A stretch of 64,000 nucleotides of DNA, from positions 9,870-73,869 of the forward strand of contig CAZBHK010000001.1 in NCBI GenBank assembly GCA_964491895.1. Direction: 5' to 3'. The DNA is from an uncultured Pseudomonadota bacterium (lineage in GTDB: Bacteria; Babelota; Babeliae; Babelales; UBA12411). The notes under the pieces were generated by a model. That model was not told the origin of the DNA, made no database searches, and worked only from the letters and a program-made list of their open reading frames with translations. The translations under genes were made by a program, and so were the position numbers. This document shows positions 27,848-37,960 of this stretch, piece by piece. Position 1 is the first letter of the stretch. Each line of letters begins with the position of its first letter.

Positions 27848-28860
27848 AGTCGAAGTCGACATTTTCTAAAAAAACAGAGTTCTCAGAAGATCTAACCATA
27901 AAGATTAGAGATGGTCTTATTTCTACTCTTATGCGTGAGTCATCAGCTATACTTTATCTTGTAGATAATTTTCCAGATACAGCAATTAAAATTGTTGAAA
28001 AAATATTAGAGTGTAAAGGACACGTTGTTTTTTGTGGACTTGGGAAATCAGGGTTAATTGGTAGAAAGATAGCTGCTACTTTTTCTAGTATGGCTATCCC
28101 ATCAGTTTTTTTACATCCTAGTGAAGCTCTTCATGGAGATTTGGGTTCTGTTCGGCCAGATGATTTAATTATATTTTTATCCAAAAGTGCTTCTGGTGAA
28201 GAATATTCACAGATAATCCCACTTTTAAGATCACAAGGTAATTTTCTTATTTTAATTTATTGTACTGAGGGTAATCTAGCGAATAAGGTTGATTTACTAA
28301 TTAAGCTTCCATTTAAGAGAGAAGCTTGTGAGTTAAATTTAGCGCCTACTAGTAGCTCTACTCTTATGTTGGCCTTTGGAGATGCCTTGGCTATTGTAGC
28401 TAGTTCCTTACGTGGTTTTAGTAAGAACGATTTTGCTAGGTTTCATCCCGGTGGTAAGTTAGGTAAAAATCTTTTACTTAAAGTTTGTGATTTTATTAAT
28501 GATTATGATGTTCTACCATTAGTATATCCCAGCACACCATTTTATGAGGTGCTTCTTACAATGACATCAGGAAAGCGTGGTGTTGGTATCGTTGTTGATT
28601 ATCAAGGCAGACCATTGGGTGTAATAACTGATGGAGATTTACGTAGAGCATGTGAAAGTGGAGCTGTTGTCTTTGAGAAAAAGGCTGCTGAGATAATGAG
28701 TACGGATCCTAAAGTTGTCGCTCCAGATATTAGGGCGCTTACTGCTTTAGAAATAATGGAAGATCATAATATTACAAGCTTAATAGTTGTCGAGAATGAA
28801 AAGATAATGGGCTTAGTACATATTCATGACATCATTAAATCTGGTATAAGTCGAGTATGA
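27844..28860 (+). CDS. kdsD: arabinose-5-phosphate isomerase (KdsD/KpsF family; SIS + tandem CBS)
   Basis: GLGKSGLIGRKIAATFSSMAIPSVFLHPSEALHGDLG is the SIS domain, and the C-terminus carries a CBS pair (GVGIVVD...GVITDGDLRR; ITSLIVVENEKIMGLVHIHDI). Confidence 0.85.
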   Translation: MKSKSTFSKKTEFSEDLTIKIRDGLISTLMRESSAILYLVDNFPDTAIKIVEKILECKGHVVFCGLGKSGLIGRKIAATFSSMAIPSVFLHPSEALHGDLGSVRPDDLIIFLSKSASGEEYSQIIPLLRSQGNFLILIYCTEGNLANKVDLLIKLPFKREACELNLAPTSSSTLMLAFGDALAIVASSLRGFSKNDFARFHPGGKLGKNLLLKVCDFINDYDVLPLVYPSTPFYEVLLTMTSGKRGVGIVVDYQGRPLGVITDGDLRRACESGAVVFEKKAAEIMSTDPKVVAPDIRALTALEIMEDHNITSLIVVENEKIMGLVHIHDIIKSGISRV

Positions 28861-29612
28861 ATATTCTTATAATATTTTTGATCTCGTTATGTTATGGTTC
28901 ATTTTTAAATGTTTTAGCACATAGGCTTGTTTCTGATAAGAGTTTATTTATAAAACGATCAAAGTGCCCGTATTGTGATAGCATTATCTCATGGTTTGAT
29001 AATATTCCTCTTATTTCTTGGTTGTTTCTTAAAACTAGATGCAGAAAGTGTAAGAACAAGATTTCTGTTCTATATCCACTAACAGAATTGATTACCGCCA
29101 TCTTGCTTACATTGTTATTTGTAAACCTAGGTTATGGCTTCCCAATAGGTGTATACGTAGCTAACATAGTTTTTATTACGGCATTAATTTGTGCTGCTAG
29201 AACAGATCTTGAAGCCATGGTTATTCCACAGATTTTTACTTTATGGTTAGTGCCGCTAGGTATTGTTTTTTCATATTTAAATTTTTTAACTATTAATGTA
29301 TATGAAAGTATTATAGCGGCAGTTGTAGGTTATGGTATTTTATGGGTCATTGCTTGGGGATTTAAAAAAGTTACAAATAAGGAAGGGCTTGGTGAGGGTG
29401 ACATTGAACTTTTAGCAATGATAGGATCTTTTATTGGGCTAGAGGGAATGTATTTTGCGTTGATGATCGGTTCATTGGTTGGCTTAGGTATAGGAATTAT
29501 ATATCTGTTTATAACTAAACAAGGTAAAAATACTCCGATACCTTATGGTCCATTCTTAGTTTTTGGTGCTTTAGTTTATTTTTATACCAATTATTTGATA
29601 CAAATTATTTAA
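28857..29612 (+). CDS. pilD: prepilin peptidase (A24 family)
   Basis: CPYCDSIISWFDNIPLISWLFLKTRCRKCKNKIS is the Zn-knuckle N-terminus. Catalytic Asp contexts are ARTDLEAM and GEGDIELL. The protein is polytopic. Confidence 0.88.
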   Translation: MNILIIFLISLCYGSFLNVLAHRLVSDKSLFIKRSKCPYCDSIISWFDNIPLISWLFLKTRCRKCKNKISVLYPLTELITAILLTLLFVNLGYGFPIGVYVANIVFITALICAARTDLEAMVIPQIFTLWLVPLGIVFSYLNFLTINVYESIIAAVVGYGILWVIAWGFKKVTNKEGLGEGDIELLAMIGSFIGLEGMYFALMIGSLVGLGIGIIYLFITKQGKNTPIPYGPFLVFGALVYFYTNYLIQII

Positions 29613-30473
29613 TATATTTTTATCCAATTCAGTTGGATACGAATTTCCAGAATCATAAGATTTTCTAAAGTCATAAGAATTAAATACTTTTTCTATTTGG
29701 GAGCAATGGTAATCACCAGCATAAAGAATTAAAGCTTTATTTTGAGATGTTAAGATATTTGTAAGAGCTTCTATTTCCATGATATTAAGATTTGAAAGAG
29801 CATTTGGTATTGCTTCAGGAAAATGTAAAAATTCCAGATTGATACCCATATTAATTAGATCACCTATAGTTTTCATATGATTATTTTTAATTAAAGGCAG
29901 GATTATATCTGCATGTTTTTGAATTTCTTGTTTAAATAGATCCCATGATTTTTTTAATTTCTGGTAATGAGAAGCATTAATGGATTTAAGTTTTTTTAAT
30001 TTTTTTTCAATAGGTGATTGTCCTGAAATTATTTTTTTGACATAGTTTGTTATATGCGATATTGAGGAATATTTATATTCTTTTGGGAATGCTAGAATTT
30101 TATTTCTTTGAGTATCTGTATTAATAAATGATATTTTGCTAAATCTTTTTTTATTTAGATGGTGTCCATAATCAGATATAAAAGAATTTTTTAAAGTATC
30201 ACCAGTTCCTATGTTAATAGTACCATCATACCCAAATTGTAGTTCCCATAATAAATCTAATTTTATATGAGAATATTTATCTAAACTATCTAGTATTTTG
30301 AGAAATTGTTTTTGTGATTCTGATGTAGATTTTCCATCCTTATGCCAATCAGATAAGAGTGCTACTTTTTTATTGTCATTCTCAAAGATTTGTAGTCGAA
30401 TAAAACGAGCATCTAATGTTTCTAAGAATAATAATAGTATTAAGGCAAATAATCTTTTCATGTAAACCCCCAT
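29571..30473 (-). CDS. secreted hypothetical protein, paralog of 34233..35003 (GX2H...E...R...GX2H pattern)
   Basis: 300 aa with a signal peptide (MKRLFALILLLFL; the alternative ATG at 30461 is more likely). Blocks shared with the paralog: LLSDWHK / FGDYHK, DLLWE, INTDTQRN / IDVENRS, LYAGDYH / VSGNNH. Confidence 0.6.
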   Translation of the reverse strand: MGVYMKRLFALILLLFLETLDARFIRLQIFENDNKKVALLSDWHKDGKSTSESQKQFLKILDSLDKYSHIKLDLLWELQFGYDGTINIGTGDTLKNSFISDYGHHLNKKRFSKISFINTDTQRNKILAFPKEYKYSSISHITNYVKKIISGQSPIEKKLKKLKSINASHYQKLKKSWDLFKQEIQKHADIILPLIKNNHMKTIGDLINMGINLEFLHFPEAIPNALSNLNIMEIEALTNILTSQNKALILYAGDYHCSQIEKVFNSYDFRKSYDSGNSYPTELDKNILNNLYQIIGIKIN

Positions 30474-30513
30474 TTATGTAGTCTATAAAAGAATAATATG
30501 TATTGCAAAAGGC

Positions 30514-30963
30514 TTAATTGGCTAGTCCATCTTTTACATGTGTAATGTTACGATTCTCGTCTATAGTCCATACGTCGATATTACCTTTACCTGTAAGATC
30601 GGCTATGGCTGCTGCGACAAAATTGTTATTATTGGCATGGGTATTTTTTAGATGATTTTTTGTTGTTTTGAGCTTTCCAATGAAATAGTTAATGCCTTCT
30701 TGACTATTTGAAATGTTAAAGCCATAAGTATAGTGAAAGTTTATTCCTGGTTTCCAGCCTATTTCTTTGAGGTTTGGATTATATGTTCCATGTTCCATAA
30801 AGTACATTTGTTGTGCTGAATGTAGTGAGGCTAGATTGATGGCAACTTCTGCTTGTTTTGCTTTAGATATATAATTAAAGTAGTAGGGTATTGATAAGGA
30901 TGCGAGGAAGACTATTATTGAAACCACTACCATTAATTCGATAAGGCTAAATCCTTTTTTCAT
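30514..30963 (-). CDS. type IV pilin / pseudopilin-like protein
   Basis: MKKGFSLIELMVVVSIIVFLASL is a class III signal: G-1/F+1/E+5 with a hydrophobic helix. Confidence 0.85.
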   Translation of the reverse strand: MKKGFSLIELMVVVSIIVFLASLSIPYYFNYISKAKQAEVAINLASLHSAQQMYFMEHGTYNPNLKEIGWKPGINFHYTYGFNISNSQEGINYFIGKLKTTKNHLKNTHANNNNFVAAAIADLTGKGNIDVWTIDENRNITHVKDGLAN

Positions 30964-31907
30964 ATTTTTTCGAATATTTCGGTTAACTCATTTTCTAATT
31001 CAGGTAACGGTTTTTTGATAGAGACACCGGATGCATTGATGTGACCACCACCACCAAAGAGTTTTGCTATAGCGTTCACGTCAGTTTTTTTGGAACGTAA
31101 CGAGATTTTAAATTGATGGCCTTCTATTTCACATATAGTGGCAATAACGTCTATTCCAGCAATCTGACTTAAAAAATTACTTAATCCTGAGATTGTCGAT
31201 TGTTCAAGGTTATATTTTTTGAATAGGGCTCGTGTTATGACTACCCAGGCTGCTTTTTTGTTAGATGATATTTTGACGTTACTTAAAACTTCACCCCAGA
31301 GTTTAATGATATTAGGATTTTTATTTATTAAAAGTTCTTCTTTAAGTGTAAATAATTTTGCACCTTTTTTCATTAACTCTGCTGTTGTTTCTAAGGTGGA
31401 TACATAGGTTGCATTTGTTTGGAATACTTGTGTATCGTAGATGATTCCTAATAATAGACATTCTGCCATGTATGTATCGATAAGTTTTGGATTCCATATT
31501 TTTAATAAATTATAAAGTATTTCACAGGTACTAGATGCCTTAGGTTCAATTAAATTTATTGAGGCATTAATGCTATTACTAATGTGGTGATCTATGTTTA
31601 TAAATTGAATTTGTTTAAACTCAGTAGGATAATATAGACGTTCATAGTTAGCAGTATCAAAAGCTATTATTAAATCTGGAATTTGTGAGTGTTTATTTAC
31701 AAGGAATTTGTTAGGGTGTCTTGTAATTTGGGAATCAGGCTTGGATGGATAAATTGTTTCTACTGATTTATTAAGTTTATTTAAAACATGTTCCATTGCA
31801 CAGCAGGCGGATATACCATCTGGATCTGGATATAGATGAGTTAGTAGTGTAATTCGGTTAGATTTATTAATAAGGGTCCAGGCATTAGTTATTAAATTTT
31901 GATCCAT
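30960..31907 (-). CDS. nrnA: DHH/DHHA1 phosphoesterase (NrnA-like oligoribonuclease/pAp phosphatase)
   Basis: 315 aa with the motifs HLYPDPDGISA, DTANY, NIDHH and FGGGGH. Confidence 0.8.
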   Translation of the reverse strand: MDQNLITNAWTLINKSNRITLLTHLYPDPDGISACCAMEHVLNKLNKSVETIYPSKPDSQITRHPNKFLVNKHSQIPDLIIAFDTANYERLYYPTEFKQIQFINIDHHISNSINASINLIEPKASSTCEILYNLLKIWNPKLIDTYMAECLLLGIIYDTQVFQTNATYVSTLETTAELMKKGAKLFTLKEELLINKNPNIIKLWGEVLSNVKISSNKKAAWVVITRALFKKYNLEQSTISGLSNFLSQIAGIDVIATICEIEGHQFKISLRSKKTDVNAIAKLFGGGGHINASGVSIKKPLPELENELTEIFEKI

Positions 31908-32547
31908 AATATTTTTCTAATAGCTCCTTGGAATAGGCTCCTTCTCTTAGAACCTTTATGTTGTCTGGTGATGTAGCGTCTAGGATTGTGGAAGCTAAAG
32001 ATTCCTTTTTTTCTTCAGGACTGTCAACAAAAAAAGCTACCTTTGCTAGTAAATTTTTTTCAATTTCTTCAAACTTAGTTGGTGCAGGCATTGAAATAGT
32101 ATTTGCGCTAGTTGAAAATAGACCATTAAATGATTTTAATAAATTAAGTAATCCTTTATGGTTAGGTATTCTAATAGCGATGGTATCATAACCAACTGTT
32201 ACGAAGTTAGGCAAGTTTTTTTTTGCTTTAAAGATAATGGTTACAGGTCCAGGCCAGATTTTATCGATAAATGCTTCAATTTTCAGAGGTACTTTATCTA
32301 CAAATAATTTTAATTTTTCTTTTGTATCTATTAAAATTATAAATGGTTTTAAACGTTTTGCTTGTTTAAATGTTTCTATTTGTTTAAAAGATTCTTCTGT
32401 AATGCTTGCTAAAAATCCATAAACAGTATCAGTAGATACTATAGATACTTGATTTTTTTGAAGCGATTTCTTTAATAATTTAAAATCACTAAGATTATTC
32501 CAAGATAAAGTAAGAAAATTAGACTTTTTGTAATAAATTTTTGACAT
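31885..32547 (-). CDS. tsaC: L-threonylcarbamoyladenylate synthase (YrdC/TsaC family)
   Basis: 220 aa. VSIVSTDTVYGFLA, GPVTIIF, IAIRIPNH and LFSTSAN are YrdC-domain blocks. Confidence 0.8.
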   Translation of the reverse strand: MSKIYYKKSNFLTLSWNNLSDFKLLKKSLQKNQVSIVSTDTVYGFLASITEESFKQIETFKQAKRLKPFIILIDTKEKLKLFVDKVPLKIEAFIDKIWPGPVTIIFKAKKNLPNFVTVGYDTIAIRIPNHKGLLNLLKSFNGLFSTSANTISMPAPTKFEEIEKNLLAKVAFFVDSPEEKKESLASTILDATSPDNIKVLREGAYSKELLEKYYGSKFNN

Positions 32548-32740
32548 TGTTGTTAGATAAAATTATTTTAAATTGAAAGAAATGTTTTCTAAATTATTGT
32601 GTTTGAAATTTTTTTAAATCTTTGTTTTCCTATAGCTTTACATTATTACAATAATAAATTTAATACAATAATTTTTAAAAAAAATAGCAGTTTTTTAAAA
32701 AACCAAATGCCAGGGAACTGGTAACAGGAGAGGTGAAAGT

Positions 32741-34153
32741 ATGAGTTCCAACTATGTAGGAAGTCAATCCTCCAAAGTTCAAGATGGACTTGTAGGTAGA
32801 GTTAGAAGTTATAATGAAATAATTGAATTTTTAAGTTCTAGAAGAGTTATAGATCATAACGAATCAGCCTTACATCGAATGAGACAACTGGATATAGCAT
32901 TCGATAGTCTTTCTACTAGATTTGATTTGATTTTAATAGGTGGATGTAATGGTAAAAGCTCAACAATAAATTTTACATCAAAGCTTTTAAATGAAGAAAA
33001 TTTTAAAGTTGGAACAGTATATTCAAGTCATTTCCTATCTTATAACGAACGGATTGCAGTTAATTCTCAAGTAATTAATAATAAGCAGTTTGCAGAATAT
33101 ACCAATGACGTTATCAATGTTGTTGAACAAAATAAAATAGATGCTACTGCATTTGAAATACTAGCAATGGCTGCACTTTTATTTTTTAGAAGTGAAAAAG
33201 TAAATATTGCTATATTTGAAGTGGGTATAGGTGGTAAGTTTGATGCGATCAATGCATTTACTCCAAAAATATCAGCTGTTACAAGAATAGCAGAAGATTA
33301 TATAGATATTCTTGGTGATAGTTTAGATAAAGTCACAGAAGATATGATGGGGATTGCTAAAAAGGACTGTTGGTTTATATCCGCAGAACAAAGTAAGCTC
33401 CGTTTACAGAAAATGAAAGAGTTTTCTGATGTTAATGGTGCTATATGGGCAATGCCAATAAGAAAGCTTGCAACACTTCCATATATATATGAACAGCTTT
33501 ATGGTAAATCTGCATCTTTAGCAGAGCGGATAACTCAGCTTTATGTTGAAGATATTAGAAAGCAGTTTTCTCCATTTCTTAGAGGCAATCTTCTTGCTAC
33601 CACAAAAGGTCAAAGAGGTCGTCCTACTTTAGAGGCAAAGCGTCAAGCTGAACTAAATCCTGTAAAAACATTGAAAAGTTTTTGGAATGAAGAATTTACA
33701 TTAGTACGTGGATGTTTTGAAGTTTTGGATAAAGAAAAACCAACTATTCTTTTAGATAATGCACATAACCTTGAAGCAATAATAAATCTTTTTTTAGGAA
33801 TTCGTCTTTTACATTATCAACGTCCTATTAAAGGATTAGCGCTTATTTTATGCTTGAAAGATTTTATTAAATCACAAGAAGTTATTAAGCACATACGTTA
33901 TTTATTAAAAAGAGTTAATGGTCAAGTATTTTTCTTACCAATTAAGGGTGATGCAAATTATATTAATCCAGAAAATTTATCCCAATTAGCAAAGACTGTT
34001 AATATAAAAGCAAAAGCATGCAAGACATTTGCTGAGGCATTCGATGCAGCTAAAAAGGTTGTTGATGAAAGACAGGGCCTTGTTTGTATAAGCGGCCATG
34101 CATCTTTAATCACAGAGTATTGGAAAGATAAAGGAATAAAGAAATTTAATTAG
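32741..34153 (+). CDS. Mur-ligase-family protein, FolC-like (folylpolyglutamate synthase-like)
   Basis: 470 aa. ILIGGCNGKSST P-loop, IAIFEVGIGGKFDAINA and LLDNAHN blocks follow FolC order. The protein is divergent with insertions. Confidence 0.6.
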   Translation: MSSNYVGSQSSKVQDGLVGRVRSYNEIIEFLSSRRVIDHNESALHRMRQLDIAFDSLSTRFDLILIGGCNGKSSTINFTSKLLNEENFKVGTVYSSHFLSYNERIAVNSQVINNKQFAEYTNDVINVVEQNKIDATAFEILAMAALLFFRSEKVNIAIFEVGIGGKFDAINAFTPKISAVTRIAEDYIDILGDSLDKVTEDMMGIAKKDCWFISAEQSKLRLQKMKEFSDVNGAIWAMPIRKLATLPYIYEQLYGKSASLAERITQLYVEDIRKQFSPFLRGNLLATTKGQRGRPTLEAKRQAELNPVKTLKSFWNEEFTLVRGCFEVLDKEKPTILLDNAHNLEAIINLFLGIRLLHYQRPIKGLALILCLKDFIKSQEVIKHIRYLLKRVNGQVFFLPIKGDANYINPENLSQLAKTVNIKAKACKTFAEAFDAAKKVVDERQGLVCISGHASLITEYWKDKGIKKFN

Positions 34154-34176
34154 AAACTTGGTGAGTAGTAAGAAGG

Positions 34177-34209
34177 TTAGCGAGGAAATTAATTCCTCGC
34201 TAATTTTTT
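34177..34209 (+). terminator. rho-independent terminator
   Basis: TTAGCGAGGAA-ATTAA-TTCCTCGCTAA (11-bp stem) followed by T6. Confidence 0.85.
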
Positions 34210-34232
34210 AAAATAACGATGAGGATTAACAG

Positions 34233-35003
34233 ATGTTTAAAAAAATTGTTTTTATAGTTTTTTCTATATCTAATATTTTTTCTTATCCAATTAGTTACTA
34301 TAAAATAGTTTTTAAAGATGGTAAATATATAGAATGTTTCGGAGATTATCATAAAGTTGAAGATACTCCTAATCAGGAATCAGTAAATTTACTAAATTAT
34401 ATAATAAGGCTTGATAAAGAAGGTAGGTCAGTAGATTTATTATGGGAATCATCTGAAAATTTAGATGTTAAGTGGAATGGCAAATCTTTGCTTGTTCATG
34501 GGTATAAAGAATTAAAGAATCAACTAAGAAATGTACAGTTAATAGACGTAGAAAATAGGTCTCTTGATTTTATTTATGCATTTCATTATTTTTTTTGTGA
34601 TGGTGAAAATGAAGCAATGATAAAAGAGATTAATAAAAATATTAGTTTAAATATTGTTCTTAGTCAGATAGAAAAATATTTATATTCTGTTGATAAAGAT
34701 GTGCGAGAATATCCATTTGTATATGAACTTGTTAAAAGTCTTAAATTTGAATTAAATAATATTATTAAATATAAGAATAAGAAACTTTATGAGTTGAATG
34801 AAGAAGAATATTTAATAATTAAACCTGCGATAATGGTTTTATTTTATTGGTTTATGAATGTTGAACTTTTACTAAAAATTTTATCATCTAAGAAAAAGCA
34901 CATAATTATTGTTTCTGGTAATAATCACATAATAAATATTGTCAATTTTATAAAATTGACTACGCCTTATGTTCATAGCTCTTCTAAGATTATAGAAGCT
35001 TAG
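34233..35003 (+). CDS. secreted hypothetical protein, paralog of 29571..30473
   Basis: 256 aa with a hydrophobic N-terminus. It shares FGDYHK, DLLWE, IDVENRS and IIIVSGNNH blocks, in the same order, with the 300-aa ORF. Confidence 0.6.
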   Translation: MFKKIVFIVFSISNIFSYPISYYKIVFKDGKYIECFGDYHKVEDTPNQESVNLLNYIIRLDKEGRSVDLLWESSENLDVKWNGKSLLVHGYKELKNQLRNVQLIDVENRSLDFIYAFHYFFCDGENEAMIKEINKNISLNIVLSQIEKYLYSVDKDVREYPFVYELVKSLKFELNNIIKYKNKKLYELNEEEYLIIKPAIMVLFYWFMNVELLLKILSSKKKHIIIVSGNNHIINIVNFIKLTTPYVHSSSKIIEA

Positions 35004-35009
35004 CAAAAC

Positions 35010-35936
35010 TTAAAATGATATTGATTGTTTGCTTAAAACTTCGGCTTTACCTTCCATAAATAGCATGTCCTTATCTATTTCTTTTAAAAAATTGATTATT
35101 GGATCAGCATACTCTGGATGTTTTAACGCTAGAGAAATTGTAGCTTTGAGCCAACCTAAAGGGTTGCCTACATCGTATCTAGTTCCTTGAACCTTATATG
35201 CAAATACTTTTTCTCCATTATTAAGTAGTTGGGAAATAGCGTCTGTTAATTGAATTTCTCCAGAATGGCCTGATGCTGTTGCTTGTATTGCATCAAATAT
35301 ATTTGGAGATAAAACATATCTGCCTATTATTGCAAGATTTGAAGGAGCATCATTAGGTTCAGGTTTTTCTACTAAACTTTTGACTTGGAAAAGATTAGGG
35401 GAGAACTGTTTTTTTATTGCTACAACACCATAGTGTTTAGTATCTTCTATAGGTACTTCCCTTACGGCAATAACGTTACATTTTTCTTGAGTTGCGATTT
35501 TTATAAGTTGAGAGATTGCGGGTGTAGGTCCAGTAATGATTTCATCTGGTAATAATATTGCTACATGCTCTCTTCCTACGGCGTGTCTTGCTGTCCAAAC
35601 TGCATGACCTAGTCCAAGTGGTTCTTTTTGTCGTACATAAGAAAATTCTGCATTTTCTATTAGTTTTGATATAGAGGCTATTAGATATTTTTTATTTTTT
35701 TGTTCTAATGTAAAGTCTAGTTCTGGAGCTATATCAAAATGATCTTCTAATGCTTTTTTTGTTCTTCCGCTTACTATTACAAAATTATTAAGGTTAGATT
35801 TAATGCCTTCTTCTATTATGTATTGTATTGCAGGCCTATCTACAAGAGGGAGCATTTCTTTAGGAATAGCCTTTGTTTGTGGTAAGAAGCGTGAACCCAA
35901 GCCAGCAGCAGGGATGATTGCTTTTTTAACTTCCAT
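35010..35936 (-). CDS. galU: UTP--glucose-1-phosphate uridylyltransferase
   Basis: KAIIPAAGLGSRFLPQTKAIPKEMLPLVDRPAIQYIIEE, RQKEPLGLGHAV and VEKP are GalU hallmarks. Confidence 0.92.
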   Translation of the reverse strand: MEVKKAIIPAAGLGSRFLPQTKAIPKEMLPLVDRPAIQYIIEEGIKSNLNNFVIVSGRTKKALEDHFDIAPELDFTLEQKNKKYLIASISKLIENAEFSYVRQKEPLGLGHAVWTARHAVGREHVAILLPDEIITGPTPAISQLIKIATQEKCNVIAVREVPIEDTKHYGVVAIKKQFSPNLFQVKSLVEKPEPNDAPSNLAIIGRYVLSPNIFDAIQATASGHSGEIQLTDAISQLLNNGEKVFAYKVQGTRYDVGNPLGWLKATISLALKHPEYADPIINFLKEIDKDMLFMEGKAEVLSKQSISF

Positions 35937-35959
35937 ACTTATCTCTCCTTGTATTTCTT

Positions 35960-36994
35960 TTAAAATTGCTCTAAAAATCTTATTTTACCACTGTGGAATA
36001 ATCTTATGTCATTGATGCCATACTTGATCATTGCTAGTCGTGTTAGCCCAAAGCCGAAAGCAAAGCCCGAGTATTTATCAGGGTTGATTTTGCTGGCCCT
36101 TAGTACATTTGGGTGAATTAATCCACCAGGGAAAACTTCTATCCATTTTGTGCGTTTACATACACCACATCCATCTTTACAAAATGGACATTCCATATCT
36201 ATTTCTACTCCAGGTTCGACAAATGGAAAAAAACCAGGACGTATTCTTATATTTAAATCTTTTTTATTGAAGAGCATACTTAAAAAAGTTTTGGCGGTAG
36301 CAAATAAATTTGCCATGCTAATATTTTTACCTATGAGAAACCCTTCACATTGCATGAACATTATGTCATGAGAAGCATCTGTGGCTTCATGTCTATAACA
36401 TCTTCCTGGAACTACTGCAGCAATAGGTAACTCTTTTGTTTCCATTGCATGAACTTGGATAGGAGACGTATGTGTACGTAAAAGTGTTTTAGGAAGATTG
36501 GTCCAAAATGTATCATACATATCTCTGGCAGGATGATCTTCTGGAATATTTAGGCCTGTAAAGTTGTAGTATTCAGTTTCTACTTCAGGACCATCAAGGA
36601 TTTCATAACCCATTGATAAAAAAATATCTTCTATCTCTTCTACTATTTGAGTATATGGATGTAGAGAGCCTTTTTGGATGTCTGTTTTATAGGCAGTTAC
36701 ATCAAAGTTTTGTTTTCTTAATTTTTGAGCTTGGGTTTCTTTTTCTAATAATGATAGATAACGTTTTTCAATTTCAGATTCTGCATCACTTTTTAATTTA
36801 TTTAGTAATGGTCCGAATGTACGTTTTTCTTCTGCTGATAAGTTTTTTATCTCAGAAAATAAAAGTGTAATTAGACCTTTTTTACCAAGAAAATTAACAC
36901 GAACAGCATCTAACTCTTTTAGAATAGATGCTGTTTTTAATTCATTAAAAAGTTGCTTTTGCAGCTCTTGTATTTTATCTTTCAAGGCCTGCAC
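35960..36994 (-). CDS. pheS: phenylalanyl-tRNA synthetase alpha subunit
   Basis: 344 aa, GTG start. Class II motifs are present: LLRTHTSPIQV, PGRCYRHE...DASHDIMFMQCEG and FGFGLTRLAMIKYGINDIRLF. Confidence 0.93.
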   Translation of the reverse strand: MQALKDKIQELQKQLFNELKTASILKELDAVRVNFLGKKGLITLLFSEIKNLSAEEKRTFGPLLNKLKSDAESEIEKRYLSLLEKETQAQKLRKQNFDVTAYKTDIQKGSLHPYTQIVEEIEDIFLSMGYEILDGPEVETEYYNFTGLNIPEDHPARDMYDTFWTNLPKTLLRTHTSPIQVHAMETKELPIAAVVPGRCYRHEATDASHDIMFMQCEGFLIGKNISMANLFATAKTFLSMLFNKKDLNIRIRPGFFPFVEPGVEIDMECPFCKDGCGVCKRTKWIEVFPGGLIHPNVLRASKINPDKYSGFAFGFGLTRLAMIKYGINDIRLFHSGKIRFLEQF

Positions 36995-37087
36995 ATTTAT
37001 TCCTAAATTAACATTGTTAAAGATATTTTTTAGATATTAACATCTTTTTAGGAATTTGATAAGTCAGTTAGTTTTATAATGCAGCTA

Positions 37088-37531
37088 TTACTTTAGGTGG
37101 CTGCGATTAATATCTCTTAAAAGTGAGTTCATAGATACTGATTCGATATTTTCTAGAAATGCATCTTCTATTTCTTTGCATTCAAATTCAAAATCGGCAG
37201 CAAGTTCTGCACGGCAAGATTTGTTTTTTTGATCATGTTTGTTTTCTTTACTAGGATTTTTTTTTGTAGTTTTAAAACTTTGTCTTATGCATTGTTCTAA
37301 GACATGTTTAATACTTGCTATTTCTGATTCAAGAAGGTCTGTACGTTTAGGAAAGCGTGATTTTTGTTGTTCTAGTATTGACATTAATTTGTATGCTTCT
37401 TCAAAGCTGCCATCTTTATTTGCTATTACGTTTGCAATACATCTATTTACAGGTGATTGATATTTTGGTGCAGCAACAGATATATTTAAAGTTGTTAACA
37501 TTGCTATTAATATTATATTTTTATAATTCAT
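37088..37531 (-). CDS. hypothetical secreted protein
   Basis: 147 aa with a signal peptide (IILIAMLTTLNISVAAP). No motif recognised. Confidence 0.5.
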   Translation of the reverse strand: MNYKNIILIAMLTTLNISVAAPKYQSPVNRCIANVIANKDGSFEEAYKLMSILEQQKSRFPKRTDLLESEIASIKHVLEQCIRQSFKTTKKNPSKENKHDQKNKSCRAELAADFEFECKEIEDAFLENIESVSMNSLLRDINRSHLK

Positions 37532-37960
37532 AATAAATCCTTACCTTAATAAATTATTATTTATTTTAATTGTGTTCCTAATTTTTTATTTGTTGTTTTT
37601 ATCATTTTAATTAATGTTTTTTAATGCCATAAATATTATAGTAATAAAGTTTATGTCGTATTTAAAAGGCTTTTCTTCGAAATAATTCGTAATTGTATGG
37701 TTGTATTATTGAAAAGTCAATGAAAAGACTTAATCTAATTAGATAATTTAAAACAATTAGTGACAAAAAATAGATATGGTGGAAACAATAGATACAATCT
37801 TTATAAAATCAATTCTCTGCTTTCAGAGGTTGTTATTGGTCGTTTATCTTAAGTAAAGCATTTTTAGCTATTTTTGCTTGCTATAAAAATAGATTATTGG
37901 TTTGAAAACATTGATTTTGTTTGACAATATGGCAAGCTATATATAACTTTTAAACTTGTC

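Noticed and set aside
37532-37960. The 429-bp very AT-rich non-coding gap upstream of tRNA-Phe, considered as a replication origin, degraded gene or sRNA locus.
   Set aside because: I found no clustered TTATCCACA-like DnaA boxes. There is no long ORF fragment with recognisable similarity. Only short weak hairpins are present (CTCTG-CTTT-CAGAG; CTATTTTT/AAAAATAG). It most likely holds the promoters of the flanking divergent genes. Nothing specific can be supported.
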